Positions 19,765-30,992 of a stretch of DNA of 64,000 nucleotides are shown here, piece by piece. The translations under genes were made by a program, and so were the position numbers. Within the stretch, counting starts at the first letter, position 1. Every line of letters begins with the position of its first letter. The DNA comes from an uncultured delta proteobacterium (GTDB lineage: Bacteria > Desulfobacterota > Desulfuromonadia > Desulfuromonadales > JACZKF01): the NCBI GenBank assembly GCA_963816395.1, contig CAWFKQ010000012.1, forward strand, positions 2,155-66,154. Reading direction: 5' to 3'. A model generated the notes under the pieces. That model searched no databases and had not been told where the DNA came from. It was given only the letters and a program-made list of their open reading frames with translations.

Positions 19765-21585
19765 TCAGGGCTCTGTTTCCCCCTCGAGTTCCAGGGCGGC
19801 GGAGATCAGTCCCACATGGGTGAAGGCCTGGGGAAGATTCCCTCGCATCTCCCAGGTCTCGGGATCGAATTCCTCTGAAAACAGGCCCAGATCGTTGCCC
19901 ATGCCGAGATAGCGCTCGAACTCCTCGCGAGCCTCCTCCCGCCGACCCAGCCGTACCAGGTATTTAACCCTCCAGAAATTGCATATGCCGAACGCTCCCT
20001 CCACTGATGGCAGCTCGTCGAAAGCACTTGCATAACGCTTCAGGAAACCATTGCGCCCGAGGCGGCGGCAGATCTGCTCGAAGGTTGAGCGCATCCGCTC
20101 ATTGTCGGCCTGCAGATAGCCCACCAGGGGAGTCTGCAGCAGGGCGGCGTCCATTTCGTCCTCGCCGAAGCTGCCGACATAGCTGGAGAGGCGGGGATTG
20201 AAGCCGCGGTTTTCGATTTCCTCCCGGATCGCCTCGCGGGTCCGGGTAAACTCCTCCACCGGAATATTCATCGGGAAGTTTTTATCCAGCTGCAGCAGCA
20301 GGTCGAGAGCTACCCAGCTCATCACCTTGGAGTAGGTGAACTGCCGGGGTTTCCCGGGCATCTCCCAGATCCCCTTGTCCGGCTCCCGCCAGCAGCGGCA
20401 GACCGTTCTGCCGAGTCCCGCCAGCATTTTCGCCTCGCCCCGATCGAGATTCCCGCCGCGGCGGACAAATTCGTAGGCGGCGGCGATCAGTTCGCCGTAG
20501 ATGTCGAGCTGAAACTGTCGCCAGGCCCGGTTCCCTTCCCGTACGGGCTGCGATCCGCGGTAGCCCTCCAGGTGCGACAGGTTCCTTTCCGGCAGGCGCG
20601 CCTCGCCATGCACGCTGTAGACCGTCTGCAGCCGCGGCCAGGTCAGGCGGGTGGCATAGAGAAGCCAGTTCAAAAATGCTTCGGCCTCGGCCCGATAGCC
20701 GAGGTCGTAAAGAGAGCGGAGGGTCCAGGAGGCGTCACGCAGCCAGCAGTAGCGGTAATCGTAATTGCGCTTGCCGCCGATCGCCTCGGGCAGGGAGGTG
20801 GTGGCGGCGGCGATGACCGCCCCGGAAGGGGCGTAGGTGAGGAGCTTGAGAGCCAGGGCGCTGCGGACCACCGTTTCCCGGTAGCGGCCCCGATAGCGGC
20901 AGTTGGCGGCCCAGTCGCGCCACCAGCGCACGGAGCGGGCGAGAAAATCGTCGGCCGTGGCGCCGAGCGGCGGCACGATGGCCGGCTCGCCGTGCGCCGA
21001 GACCAGCGAGAGCGCCCGCCGGTCGCCGCGGCGCAGGATGCTCCGGCCGCCGGCTCCGCCGCCGTCGGGCAGCCGCTGCAGCGGCAGGTCGGCAAGGAGG
21101 ATCAACTGCAGATCCCGGTGCTCGAACCAGAAACCGAAAGCCCCGCGGTCCATGACGCGGGGCATCGCGCGGGCGAAATCGGGACGCGGCTCACAGATCA
21201 CCTCCACTTCCACCTCCCCCTCCAGGCACTCGAGGAGCCGCAGGATCTGGTGGTCGGGCCAGGGAATTCGTTCCTTCTCCTCTTCCGAGGCGACCGGCAT
21301 GAAATCGGTCAGGCGCAGGCTGCCGCCGGCGGTGGTAAAGGTGGTTTCGAGGACATTGGTATCTTCCAGGTAACGGCGGCTGGTACTGAACGGTCCGACC
21401 GGGCAGACGAGAAAGCGGCCGCCGCGGCGGACATCGAGCAGGCGGGCGAAGACGGCAGGGGCGTCGAAGCGGGGCAGACAGAGCCAGTCGAGGGAGCCTT
21501 CCCGCGAGATGAGGGCGGCGGTCCGGCAGTTGCCGATGATCGCGTAATCGCCGATGCGCCGGTAGAACGGGTAAGCTTCCGCCAT
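19765..21585 (-). CDS. Glycoside hydrolase family 15 (trehalase/glucoamylase-like)
   Basis: IGDYAIIGNCRTAAL, AAATTSLPE, DYRYCWLRDA, FQLDIYGE, GIWE and GNLPQAFTH motifs. Confidence 0.95.
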   Translation of the reverse strand: MAEAYPFYRRIGDYAIIGNCRTAALISREGSLDWLCLPRFDAPAVFARLLDVRRGGRFLVCPVGPFSTSRRYLEDTNVLETTFTTAGGSLRLTDFMPVASEEEKERIPWPDHQILRLLECLEGEVEVEVICEPRPDFARAMPRVMDRGAFGFWFEHRDLQLILLADLPLQRLPDGGGAGGRSILRRGDRRALSLVSAHGEPAIVPPLGATADDFLARSVRWWRDWAANCRYRGRYRETVVRSALALKLLTYAPSGAVIAAATTSLPEAIGGKRNYDYRYCWLRDASWTLRSLYDLGYRAEAEAFLNWLLYATRLTWPRLQTVYSVHGEARLPERNLSHLEGYRGSQPVREGNRAWRQFQLDIYGELIAAAYEFVRRGGNLDRGEAKMLAGLGRTVCRCWREPDKGIWEMPGKPRQFTYSKVMSWVALDLLLQLDKNFPMNIPVEEFTRTREAIREEIENRGFNPRLSSYVGSFGEDEMDAALLQTPLVGYLQADNERMRSTFEQICRRLGRNGFLKRYASAFDELPSVEGAFGICNFWRVKYLVRLGRREEAREEFERYLGMGNDLGLFSEEFDPETWEMRGNLPQAFTHVGLISAALELEGETEP

Positions 21586-21679
21586 CCGGGTGCTCCCAAC
21601 CGAAAATGGGTTCTCGGGTATCCGGAAAAAGTAACCGGCAAGACCCAGTTTAGCGACGATCCGGCCGATTTCCAGCGTT

Positions 21680-22465
21680 TCAGGGGATAATGCGCAACTG
21701 GTGGGCGGGGGTGAAGTAGCGGCGGTAGCCCTGCAGGAGGATGAGAAAGGCGGTGATCGCCACGCTGCCGGTGATGGCGCACATGATGGCGATCTGGTAT
21801 TTGACGGCGAGCACGGGGGCGGTGCCGGAGAGGATCTGGCCGGTCATCATGCCGGGGAGGAAGACCAGGCCCATGGCGGCCATGGTGTTGGTGGTGGGGA
21901 TCAGGGCGGCGCGAAAGGCGCTGCGCACCGCGTCGCGGCTGGCCTGCCGGGAGGTCGCGCCGAGGCAGAGGGCGGCCTCGATCTCCTCCCGGCGCTCGCG
22001 CATCTCGGCCGCCAGACGCTCGGCCGCCAGGCTGGCGCCGTTCATCGAATTGCCGATGATCATCCCCGCCAGGGGGATCAGGTAGCGCGGGTCGTACCAG
22101 GGATGCAGGCCGATCACCAGCAGGCAGAAGAAGAAGGTGATGCCGCCGCAGCCGATAATGATGGCGGAGCCGACCACCCGGTAGAAGGCGGGCATTTTTC
22201 CCTTCACCCGGCCGCCCAGGACCTGGATGGAAAAACCTGCCATCACCAGCAGGATGAGAAGGACCGGCAGCGGCGCCGAAACGGCGAAGATCAGGTGCAG
22301 GAGGTAACCGATGGCAAAGAGCTGCAGGACCATGCGCACGGAAGCCCACAGCAGCTCCCGCTCCTGTCCGATCCCCTGCAGGCGGGCCAGGGCGGCGGCC
22401 AGGAGGATCAGGGAATAGCCGATGGCCAGGTCGGCCAGGCTGAGATCGATGATCCCGTTTTCCAT
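21680..22465 (-). CDS. fetB: FetB/YbbM (UPF0014) ABC transporter permease
   Basis: RMVLQL, PRYLIPLAGMIIGNSMN, GLVFLPGMMTGQILSG and AVKYQI motifs. Confidence 0.88.
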   Translation of the reverse strand: MENGIIDLSLADLAIGYSLILLAAALARLQGIGQERELLWASVRMVLQLFAIGYLLHLIFAVSAPLPVLLILLVMAGFSIQVLGGRVKGKMPAFYRVVGSAIIIGCGGITFFFCLLVIGLHPWYDPRYLIPLAGMIIGNSMNGASLAAERLAAEMRERREEIEAALCLGATSRQASRDAVRSAFRAALIPTTNTMAAMGLVFLPGMMTGQILSGTAPVLAVKYQIAIMCAITGSVAITAFLILLQGYRRYFTPAHQLRIIP

Positions 22466-23215
22466 TCAGGGCTCGCTTGCGGGTTGCTCGAGAAAACTCC
22501 GCAGGGCCTCGCTTTGCGGACGGGCCAGCAGTTCGCCAGCCGCTCCTTCCTCGAGGATGCGGCCTCCCGCCAGAAAGGCCAGTCGGTCGGCCACCCTTTC
22601 AGCCAGACGCAGATCGTGGGTGACCATCAGCACGGTCAGCTGCCGGGAGCGGCAGATTTCCCGCAGGGTATCGGCCAGACGGTCGCCGGTGGGACGGTCG
22701 AGAGCGCTGGTCGGCTCATCCAGCACCAGCACCTCGGGCCCGGCGAGCAGCGCCCGCGCCAGTCCGACCCGCTGCTGCTGCCCGAGAGACAGGGTAGCGG
22801 CATCGCGCGGCAGCAGCCCGGTCTCGACCCGGCAGAGTTCGAGGGTGAGTCGCAGTTGCGGATCTGCTTCCCCGGGCGGCGGGCTCCGCCGGTAAAGGAA
22901 GAAACGCTGGAGGTTGTCGAGCACGGTACCGGCGAACATGAACGGCTTCTGCGGCACCAGAGCCACCTGCCGGCGCAGTTGCAGGGGATCGAATTCCCGC
23001 AGGTCCCGGCCGTCGAGAAGAATACGGCCGCTATCCGGGTCCTCCAGACGGTTGAGCAGCCGCACCAGGGTGCTCTTGCCGCCGCCGGAAGGGCCGATGA
23101 TCACCGTCAGCTCCCCGGCGCCGGCGCTCAGAGACAGATCCCGGAGGATTTCAACCGGGATGCCGTCGGCCCCCGGCCGGCTCTTGCGAATGCCCTCCAG
23201 GCGGAGTTCGGCCAC
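22466..23215 (-). CDS. ABC transporter ATP-binding protein (FetA-like partner)
   Basis: GPSGGGKST, LSLGQQQRV and VLDEPTSALD motifs; adjacent to fetB. Confidence 0.92.
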   Translation of the reverse strand: MAELRLEGIRKSRPGADGIPVEILRDLSLSAGAGELTVIIGPSGGGKSTLVRLLNRLEDPDSGRILLDGRDLREFDPLQLRRQVALVPQKPFMFAGTVLDNLQRFFLYRRSPPPGEADPQLRLTLELCRVETGLLPRDAATLSLGQQQRVGLARALLAGPEVLVLDEPTSALDRPTGDRLADTLREICRSRQLTVLMVTHDLRLAERVADRLAFLAGGRILEEGAAGELLARPQSEALRSFLEQPASEP

Positions 23216-23949
23216 TATCTATCCGCCTCGCGCAGCCGCTGCATCACCTGCTTCATGTCTTCCCACACCTCCCGTTTCCCCGCCGGATTGCGCAGCAGGT
23301 AGGCCGGGTGATAGGTCGGCATCAGGGGAATCCCCTCGTATTCCCGCCATTGGCCGCGCAGCCGGCTGATCGGCGCCGGGTCACGCAGCAGGGTCTGGAC
23401 GGCAAACCGGCCGAGGGTGACGATCAGGCGTGGCCGGATGGCGGCGAGCTGCCGCTTCAGGTACGGCTCGCAGGCGGCGATCTCCTCCGGCTGGGGATCG
23501 CGGTTCCCCGGCGGCCGGCATTTTTCCACATTGCAGATATAGACTTCCTGCCGCTGCAGCCCCATGGCGAAGAGGATCCGGTCGAGCAGCCGCCCCGCTT
23601 CGCCGACGAACGGTTCCCCCTTCTCGTCCTCTTCCCGCCCCGGCGCCTCCCCGACCAGGACCAGCCTGGCGTGCGGATTGCCGGTGCCGAAAACGATGTT
23701 CCGTCGTCCCTGGCAAAGGGCGCAGCGGCGGCATCCCTCCAGCTCGGCGCGGATCTCCTCCAGCGTTTCACGGCGGCAGAGCACCTCACCGCCAGCATCG
23801 ATACCGGCTATCCCGGGCGGGCAGGGAGGAAGATCGGCGGGCAGCGAGGGAACGGCAACCTCCGCCAGCCCCAGCCGCCCCAGATCCTCCAACAGGCCGC
23901 GGGCCTCCGCCACCGCCTGGCGCATTTCCTGTCTCAGGGCGTCCGGCAT
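23215..23949 (-). CDS. Uracil-DNA glycosylase family 4
   Basis: CRRC, GEAPG..ED..GEPFVG, KCRPP.NR and TYHPAYLLR motifs; start codon uncertain. Confidence 0.93.
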   Translation of the reverse strand: MPDALRQEMRQAVAEARGLLEDLGRLGLAEVAVPSLPADLPPCPPGIAGIDAGGEVLCRRETLEEIRAELEGCRRCALCQGRRNIVFGTGNPHARLVLVGEAPGREEDEKGEPFVGEAGRLLDRILFAMGLQRQEVYICNVEKCRPPGNRDPQPEEIAACEPYLKRQLAAIRPRLIVTLGRFAVQTLLRDPAPISRLRGQWREYEGIPLMPTYHPAYLLRNPAGKREVWEDMKQVMQRLREADR

Positions 23950-24012
23950 TGTTTCTTTACATCCCGGTTGGAGTGGACTATCTTTTTTATTCATGATCGA
24001 TTTCGAGGCCCG

Positions 24013-24918
24013 ATGGCTCTCCCGGCACTACTTCTCACCACCCTGCTCATCCTTTGCCCCACCGATGCCCTGGCTTGGGGGGTGGGGGTGCACCTGCAGC
24101 TCGGCTCATCCGTACTGAACAGCCTGCAGGCCCTGCCGCCAGTGCTGCAGGGCCTGCTCGAAGCCTATCCTTACGATTTCCTGTACGGCTGCATCAGCGC
24201 CGACATCACTCTCGGCAAAAAGTTCACGCATTATCTCAATCACTGCCATTCCTGGCGGATGGGGCGCAAGATCCTCGAGGCCGCCGTGACCGATTCCGAG
24301 AAGGCCTGCGCCTACGGCTACCTTGCGCATCTGGCGGCGGATACCGTGGCACACTCCTTCTTCGTCCCCTACAAGATGGTGCGCACCTTCAACACCATCC
24401 TGCTCAAGCACACCTACTGGGAAATGCGCAGCGAAGCCGGGGTGGATCCGCAGATCTGGCTCCTGGCCCGCTCCATCGCCCGCAAAGATTTCCAGGGGAA
24501 TGACGCCCTGATGCGCGGCGTGCTGTCGGACACCATCTTTTCCTTCAATACCAACAAGCGGCTGTTCAACTCCATCCTCCTGCTTTCCCGCCTGCAGCAG
24601 TACCAGAAGATGCTGCGCTCCCTCTCCCGCGTCTCCAGATACACCCTGGAACGAGAGGACAGGGACCATTACCTGATCCTGGCCAAAGAGGCCTCCTTCA
24701 GCATTCTCCAAGGCATGGAGCAAAGCGTCTTCTGGAAGGCCGACCCCACCGGCGAACGGGCACTGAACGCGGCCAAGCTGATCCGCCGCAACCTGAATCT
24801 CCTCTGGCTCGACGGCAAACTCGCCCCCGAGGAGGCCGAGGAAATCCTCGGCCAGCTCAAGCCGAAATTCCGCCAGGGGATCACCGAGCCCGACCGCCTG
24901 CTGGAGCTGCTTTCCTGA
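24013..24918 (+). CDS. Zinc-dependent phospholipase C family protein
   Basis: Signal peptide, then AWGVGVH, GYLAHLAADTVAH and HTYWE. Confidence 0.8.
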   Translation: MALPALLLTTLLILCPTDALAWGVGVHLQLGSSVLNSLQALPPVLQGLLEAYPYDFLYGCISADITLGKKFTHYLNHCHSWRMGRKILEAAVTDSEKACAYGYLAHLAADTVAHSFFVPYKMVRTFNTILLKHTYWEMRSEAGVDPQIWLLARSIARKDFQGNDALMRGVLSDTIFSFNTNKRLFNSILLLSRLQQYQKMLRSLSRVSRYTLEREDRDHYLILAKEASFSILQGMEQSVFWKADPTGERALNAAKLIRRNLNLLWLDGKLAPEEAEEILGQLKPKFRQGITEPDRLLELLS

Positions 24919-24961
24919 CCGACCGGCGGCTCGAGGAAGAGCGACTCGGTGGCCCGCTTCC

Positions 24962-26187
24962 TCATCCTTTTCCCCTGCGAGCTTCCCGGCCTCTGTCTGC
25001 GCAGCGCCAGGACGCGATCGAGCAGCTGCTCCGGCCACCGCCTCCTTCGCCATCTGCGGCAGTTCCTCCACCGTTCCGTCGCGGTGCAGCAGGCGGACGA
25101 TATTGGTTTCCAGGTCAAAACCGGCGCCCGGTTCGGTCACATCATTGGCGACGATCAGATCGAGGTTTTTCTCCCGCAGCTTGCGGCCGGCGTTCGCCAG
25201 CAGATCGGCGGTCTCGGCGGCAAAGCCGACCAGCACCCGCCCGCCCTTCAGGGAGCCGAGTTCGGCCAGGATATCGGGATTTTTGACCAGCTTCAGCAGC
25301 AGCTCCGCCGCCTCCCCCTTTTTGATCTTTTGCGCGGCCGCTGCGGCCGGCCGGTAATCGGCGACCGCCGCGGCCTTGATCACCACGGTGGACGCCGGCA
25401 GTTTCGCCAGCACCGCCTCGCGCATCTGCTCGGCGCTGGTCACCGGCACCGTCTCCACTCCGTCGGGCGGGGTCAGCCCGGTCGGCCCGGAGACCAGGAT
25501 GACGCGGGCACCGCGCCGGCGGGCGACGGCGGCAACGGCATAGCCCATGCGGCCGGAGGAGCGGTTGCTGAGGAAGCGCACCGGGTCGATTTCCTCCCGC
25601 GTTGGACCGGCGGTAACGAGGATCGTCTCCCCGGCCAGATCCTGCGGCGCCAGCATCCGCTCGGATTCGGTGAAGATGGCCGCCGGCTCGGGCAGTTTCC
25701 CCTTCCCCTCCCAGCCGCAGGCGAGAAAGCCGGTCGCCGGCGCCATGAAACGGTAGCCCAGCCCCTGCAGCTTCTCCTCATTCTGGCGGTAGATAGGGTT
25801 TTCATACATGTTGACGTTCATCGACGGCACGAAGAGGACCGGTGCCCGGGTGGCCATCAGGGTGGTGGTGAGCAGGTCGTCGGCGATGCCGGCCGCCAAC
25901 TTGCCGACCACGTTGGCCGTCGCCGGCGCCACCACGAAGAGATCGGCCCGGTCGGCCAGGGAAATGTGCCCGATCTCCTTTTCCTGATAGAGATTGAACA
26001 GGTCGGTGTGGACCGGGTTGCCGGAGAGGGTCTGGAAGGTAAGCGGGGTGACGAATTCCTGCGCACTGGCGGTCATGATCACATGCACCTCGGCCCCCGC
26101 CTTCACGTACAGCCGCAGCAGTTCCACCGCCTTGTAGACCGCAATGCCGCCGCAGACCCCGAGAACTATCTTCTTACCTTGCAGCAT
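24962..26187 (-). CDS. coaBC: Bifunctional phosphopantothenoylcysteine decarboxylase/ligase (3' end frameshifted)
   Basis: GGIAVYKA, APATAN, SMNVNM, TAGPTRE.IDPVRF.SNRSSG, AAVADY, GFAAET and IVANDV; C-terminal EQLLDRV in another frame; end approximate. Confidence 0.93.
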
Positions 26188-26196
26188 CAGAAAACC

Positions 26197-26273
26197 TCGT
26201 CGCTGGTCGCTGGTCACCGGTCCCTGGTCATTCGTTGAGGGCAAATGGCCAGGGACTGAGTGACCAATGACGA
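26197..26273. repeat. Inverted heptamer repeat (TGGTCAC)n / (GTGACCA)n-like
   Basis: tcgtcgc tggtcgc tggtcac cggtccc tggtcat ... atggcca gggactg agtgacca atgacga. Confidence 0.75.
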
Positions 26274-26275
26274 TT

Positions 26276-26893
26276 CTAAAGGAACGGATTCGTCCTTTTT
26301 TCCCGGCCGATGGTGGTGTCCGGGCCGTGCCCGGGGTGGACGATGGTGTCGTCGGGGAGCACCAGCAGCCGCTCGCGGATGGCGCCGACCAACTGGTTGT
26401 GGTCGCAGCCCGGCAAGTCGGTGCGGCCAATCGAGTTGGCGAAAAGGGCATCCCCGGAGAAAAGGTGCTGCCCGGAAAGCAGGCAGATGCCGCCGGGGGA
26501 ATGGCCAGGGGTATGGATGACGGTCAGGGCGATTTCACCGACCGCCAGCACCTCCCCACCGGCAAGCAGCCGGGACGGTTGCGGCGAAGGGATCGCCGCC
26601 AGCCCGTAGAAGGCGGCGTGACCGCTCGCCTGCTGCAGCCAGGGGAGATCGGCCTGGTGGATGAGCAGCTCGGCGCCGGTCTCCTCCACCAGCAGCCGGT
26701 TTCCTCCGACGTGATCGAAATGTCCGTGGGTGTTGATGACAGTCTGCAATTCCAGCCCGGCATCGGCCAGGGTGGCGAGAATCCGCTTCCCCTCATCCCC
26801 AGGGTCGATGACCGCCGCCCGGCGGGTCTTCTCGCACCCCACAATGTAACAGTTCACCTGCAGCGGCCCCACTACCAGGGTTTCGATCAGCAT
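26276..26893 (-). CDS. MBL fold metallo-hydrolase (YcbL/glyoxalase II-like)
   Basis: THGHFDH, HTPGHSPG, FSGDALF..SIGRTD and HPGHGP motifs. Confidence 0.93.
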   Translation of the reverse strand: MLIETLVVGPLQVNCYIVGCEKTRRAAVIDPGDEGKRILATLADAGLELQTVINTHGHFDHVGGNRLLVEETGAELLIHQADLPWLQQASGHAAFYGLAAIPSPQPSRLLAGGEVLAVGEIALTVIHTPGHSPGGICLLSGQHLFSGDALFANSIGRTDLPGCDHNQLVGAIRERLLVLPDDTIVHPGHGPDTTIGREKRTNPFL

Positions 26894-26897
26894 CAGC

Positions 26898-28040
26898 TTA
26901 CTCCCCTTCCTTGTCATCGGGGCTGAACAGGTCCAGGCTCTTCCCTCTCAGCTGGTCCCCGAGGGTGAAACCGAAGCCCCGTTTTTTCTGCTCGGTCTTC
27001 CTCTCCTCCCGAACCGGTGGCCGGGCACTCGGGGCGACCGCCGGTTGCAGAGGAGCCGGCGGTATTTCCTTCACCTTCGCCGGCACCGGCACCTGCTCCC
27101 CCTTGAAGAAATAGCGATCATAAAGACGGTGATAACTTGTCCAGGCGCCGCCGTTGTCCGGCTCCCGCTCGATGTGGGTACGCACGCCATTGATTTTCGA
27201 ATCGAGATCGTCCAGGTAATTGAGAATGACCGCCTCGAGGGTCTTGGGCCGTTTCGGAGAGCCGAATTCATACTGCCCGTGATGGGAAAGCAGCAGATGC
27301 TTGAGCATGACCGTTCGTTGCCGCGGGAAGTCGGGGAGTTGCCGGATCATCTCCTCCACCATTTCCACCCCCATGACGATGTGCCCGATCAGCTTTCCCT
27401 CATCGGTGTAGTCGAAGGTACGTTCGTAGCAGAGTTCGGCGACCTTGCCGATGTCGTGCAGCAGGGCTCCGGTCACCAGCAGATCGCGGTCGATGCCGGG
27501 ATAGCGGCAGCTGACGTCATCGGCCAGCCCGGCGACAGCCAGAGAATGTTCCAGCAGCCCGCCCAGGTACACGTGGTGCATTGTTTTGGCCGCCGGCGCC
27601 GTACTGAAACGCTGCAGGAAATTCGCGTCGGCGAGAAAGGCCGTCATCAGGCGCTTCAGGTTAACATCCTGCAGAGAGTCGATCTTTTCGATCAGCTCGG
27701 CCGTCAGTTCGGCGCTGCTGCGGCGGGAGACCGGCAGAAAATCGGCGAGACTGACCTCCGCCTCCGCCACCGCCTGCAGATCCTGGATGATCAGCTGCAT
27801 CTTCCCCAGATAGACGCTGGCCTTACCCTGCACCCGGAGGAAATCGTCGCGCTCGAAGCGGCCGGCGAACTCATCCACACGGTCCCAGACCCTTCCTTCC
27901 ACCTCACCGGTGCGATCGACCAGTTTAAGGGTCATGTACGGTTTGCCGTTCTTGGCCATGGCCATGATCTTGTCGCGCACCAGAAAAGGGCTGTCCACCC
28001 AGTCCCGCTCGCGTATCTGTTCCACAAAAATTTTTTTCAC
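26898..28040 (-). CDS. YhaM/Cbf1 family 3'-5' exoribonuclease (OB + HD)
   Basis: OB fold; APAA..MHH..GGLLEHS, LLHDIGK and SHHG...GSPKRP motifs. Confidence 0.9.
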   Translation of the reverse strand: MKKIFVEQIRERDWVDSPFLVRDKIMAMAKNGKPYMTLKLVDRTGEVEGRVWDRVDEFAGRFERDDFLRVQGKASVYLGKMQLIIQDLQAVAEAEVSLADFLPVSRRSSAELTAELIEKIDSLQDVNLKRLMTAFLADANFLQRFSTAPAAKTMHHVYLGGLLEHSLAVAGLADDVSCRYPGIDRDLLVTGALLHDIGKVAELCYERTFDYTDEGKLIGHIVMGVEMVEEMIRQLPDFPRQRTVMLKHLLLSHHGQYEFGSPKRPKTLEAVILNYLDDLDSKINGVRTHIEREPDNGGAWTSYHRLYDRYFFKGEQVPVPAKVKEIPPAPLQPAVAPSARPPVREERKTEQKKRGFGFTLGDQLRGKSLDLFSPDDKEGE

Positions 28041-29633
28041 CCGTTGCTCCCGTTTTTGACTGCTGCCGCAATTTTCTCCGCCGCCTGTAAACCATCCAGC
28101 GCGGCACTCATGATACCTCCGGCGTACCCCGCCCCCTCCCCGGCCGGATAGAGGCCGGGGTGGGAAACCGACTGGCCGGTCTCGTCGCGCACAATGCGCA
28201 GGGGCGCCGAGGTGCGCGTCTCGATCCCGACGAGCACTGCATCGGCCCCGGTGAAGCCGCGCATCCGCCGTTCAAAATGGGGCATCGCCCGGCACAGCCC
28301 CTCAGTGACGAAGGCGGGCAGAACGCTCCGCAAGTCGGCCTCGCGGATCCCAGGCCGGCAGGTCGCCCGCACCGCACCGCCGCGGCCGCCGAGAAAAGCC
28401 TGAAGGCTCTGGGCCGGCGCCCGCCAGTCGCCGCCGCCGGCGACAAAAGCCTTTTCTTCCCAGGTCCGCTGAAAACGGACCCCCGCCAGCGGGTCGCTCC
28501 CCGGCAGATCATCGAGGCGCACCGTCACCACCAGGGCGCTGTTGGAAAAAGCGCCGTCGCGTCTCCGGCCGCTCATCCCGTTGACGACCAGGGCGCCCGG
28601 CTCGGAGGCAGCATTGACCACTTCGCCGCCAGGGCACATGCAGAAGGAATAGACCCCGCGTTTGGTCTCCGGGTCATTCCAGGCCAGACTGTAATCCGCC
28701 GGCGGCAGCCGGGGGTGACCCGAAAGACCGTACTGGATGCGATTGATCAGTTCCGCCGGGTGTTCCACCCGCAGACCGATGGCGAATGGTTTGGCGACCA
28801 GACTCACTCCGGCCTCCCGGAGCATCCGGTAGGTCTCCCGGGCGCTGTGGCCAGGGGCGAGGACCAGGCAATCGCAGCCGATCGCCTGCCGACCGTCGAC
28901 GATTCCGCCCTGCACCCGGCCGCCGGCAGAGGTTTCCACTCCGGTCAGGCGGGTCCGAAAGCGGATCTCTACCCCTCGGGCCTGAAGCGCCCGCCGGAAG
29001 TTGATCAGAACCGCGCGCAGCCTGTCGGTGCCGATGTGCGGCTTGGCCTGGGTCAGGATCTCCGGCGGCGCGCCGGAATCGACCAGGGTCTGCAGCACCA
29101 GGCGGATCCAGGGATGATTGATCCGGGTGGTCAGCTTGCCATCGGAGAAAGTGCCCGCCCCTCCCTCACCGAACTGCACGTTACTGGCCGGCTCCAGCCC
29201 CTCTCCGGCCCAGAAACGGTGCACGTCCCTGATCCGCTCCTCCACCGGCCGCCCCTGTTCCACCAAGACCACGCCCAGACCGTAGCGCGCCAGCTGCCAG
29301 GCCGCGAAGAGTCCGGCCGGCCCCATCCCCGCCACCAGCACCCGGCCGCCGGTCCGGAGCGGGACAACGGCTGGCAGCTCCGGCTGGACGGCCCGCTCCA
29401 GCCGGGGGTGGCCGTCATTTCGGCGCAGGATTTCTTCTTCATCGGCCGTTGTGAATTCTACCGTGTAAACCCGCAATATTCGCGGGCTTGCGGCGGGCAT
29501 CAATACCTCGGCGGACGATCCGGAGCTCTCTCACCCGGCCAGGATCAAGGGCCAGTTCCCGACCGATTTTCATCGCCAGGAGGGACTCGTCCTCTTCGAG
29601 GTTTAAAGCGATTTCCCGCAGTCGCAGAGTCAT
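28037..29633 (-). CDS. FAD-dependent oxidoreductase, frameshift near 29485
   Basis: GMGPAG, SNVQFGEGGAGTFSDGKL, FCMCPGG and GEGAGYAGGIMSAA; N-terminal RRGIDARRKP in ORF 29439-29633. Confidence 0.9.
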
Positions 29634-29666
29634 TGCAGTTGGAAATCCGGCGAAAGGCGGCGCGCT

Positions 29667-30833
29667 TCAGACGGTCAGGGGAAGACGGATATGGAAGGTC
29701 GCCCCCTCTCCCATCTTGCTTTCCACCGAAATCTGCCCCCGGTAGGTCTTGACGATGCGCAGGACCACGGAGAGGCCGAAGCCGGTCCCCTTGGCCTTGG
29801 TGGTGAAGAAAGGCTCGAATATTTTGCTCAGGTTTTCCGCCGGGATGCCACCGCCGGAGTCGGAGACGTCGATAGTGATGGCCCGCTCGTTGTGGGACAG
29901 GCGAATGCCCAGCCAACCGCCCTGCGGCATCTCGTGCAGGGAGTTCAGGAAAAGGTTGGAAAAGATTTGCTCAATTTCCGCCGCATCGGCCAGAATGGCC
30001 GGAGGACGGGTGAGAAAACTCTTCTCCACCGTCACCTCCTGCGCCTGCAGCCGATCACTGACCTTCTCCAGAGCCCGCTCGATGACATCGTGAACGGCTA
30101 CCATCTGCAGATCGAAGCGGGGGCGCTTGCTGGTGGCCAGCACCTTGATCAGGATGTCATCGATCCGGTCGATTTCCTTGAGAATTTTGTCGGTATAGGA
30201 CTCTTTTTCCGGATCCCCGGCCATCCCTGATTTGAGGATCTGGGCAAAGAGGCTGATGGAATTGAGGGGGTTGCGAATCTCGTGCGCCATGCCGGCTGAG
30301 AGGTGCCCCAGGGTGGCCAGCTTCTCCGCCTGCACGATCTCGGCATGGGCCCGCTCCAGCTCCCGGGTTTTCTCCTCCACCCGCCGCTCCAGTTCCCGGT
30401 TCCATTCCTCGATTTCCCGCAGCAGCCGCTCCCTTTCTTCCTGCAATTCCAGATTTTGCAGTTCGATGCGGCGCAGGCGCAGCACGTGCTCGATTCGCTC
30501 AACCAGATCCTGGTTGTTGAACGGCTTGAGGATGTAATCGGAAGCCCCCGCCTTCATCAGCTCGACGGCGATCTCCTCGCTCCCCTTGCCGGTGAACATG
30601 ATCACGTAGGTTTCCGGGAAGCGCTCGCGGATCTGCCGGAGGGCGGTCATGCCATCCATCGCCGGCATCATATAATCGAGCAGAACCACTGCCGGCGCTT
30701 CCTGTTCCACCATCGCCAGCCCTTCCCGGCCGCTTCTGGCGGTCAGGATCTCATAGCCCTTGCTGCGCAGAATCATCGAGGTGAGTTCGAGAATAATCTT
30801 CTCGTCGTCCACCACCAGAATTTTTTCCGCCAT
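29667..30833 (-). CDS. Hybrid receiver-domain histidine kinase
   Basis: REC domain, coiled coil, [13 protein letters not shown] and FFTTK..GTGFGL. Confidence 0.95.
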   Translation of the reverse strand: MAEKILVVDDEKIILELTSMILRSKGYEILTARSGREGLAMVEQEAPAVVLLDYMMPAMDGMTALRQIRERFPETYVIMFTGKGSEEIAVELMKAGASDYILKPFNNQDLVERIEHVLRLRRIELQNLELQEERERLLREIEEWNRELERRVEEKTRELERAHAEIVQAEKLATLGHLSAGMAHEIRNPLNSISLFAQILKSGMAGDPEKESYTDKILKEIDRIDDILIKVLATSKRPRFDLQMVAVHDVIERALEKVSDRLQAQEVTVEKSFLTRPPAILADAAEIEQIFSNLFLNSLHEMPQGGWLGIRLSHNERAITIDVSDSGGGIPAENLSKIFEPFFTTKAKGTGFGLSVVLRIVKTYRGQISVESKMGEGATFHIRLPLTV

Positions 30834-30945
30834 TATTCTCCTGAGAGCCGGGGGTTTTTTCGGCTGGGAATATCCGAAAAATGGTGCTAGGATAGCGTTC
30901 TCCCGCATTTTTGACAAGGATAAATCCCCTCCTGACGGGCCAAAT

Positions 30946-30970
30946 GAAAAGGCGGCCGGGCGGCCGCCTT
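30946..30970 (-). terminator. Rho-independent terminator
   Basis: aaggcggcc...ggccgcctt hairpin with T run, downstream of the usp gene. Confidence 0.6.
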
Positions 30971-30992
30971 CGTTGCTCCGCTGATCCTGCTT

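Noticed and set aside
24106-26451. 781-aa extended CoaBC overlapping the phospholipase C gene
   Set aside because: Read-through from a 3' frameshift near 25035 plus an upstream extension; the real start is 26187.
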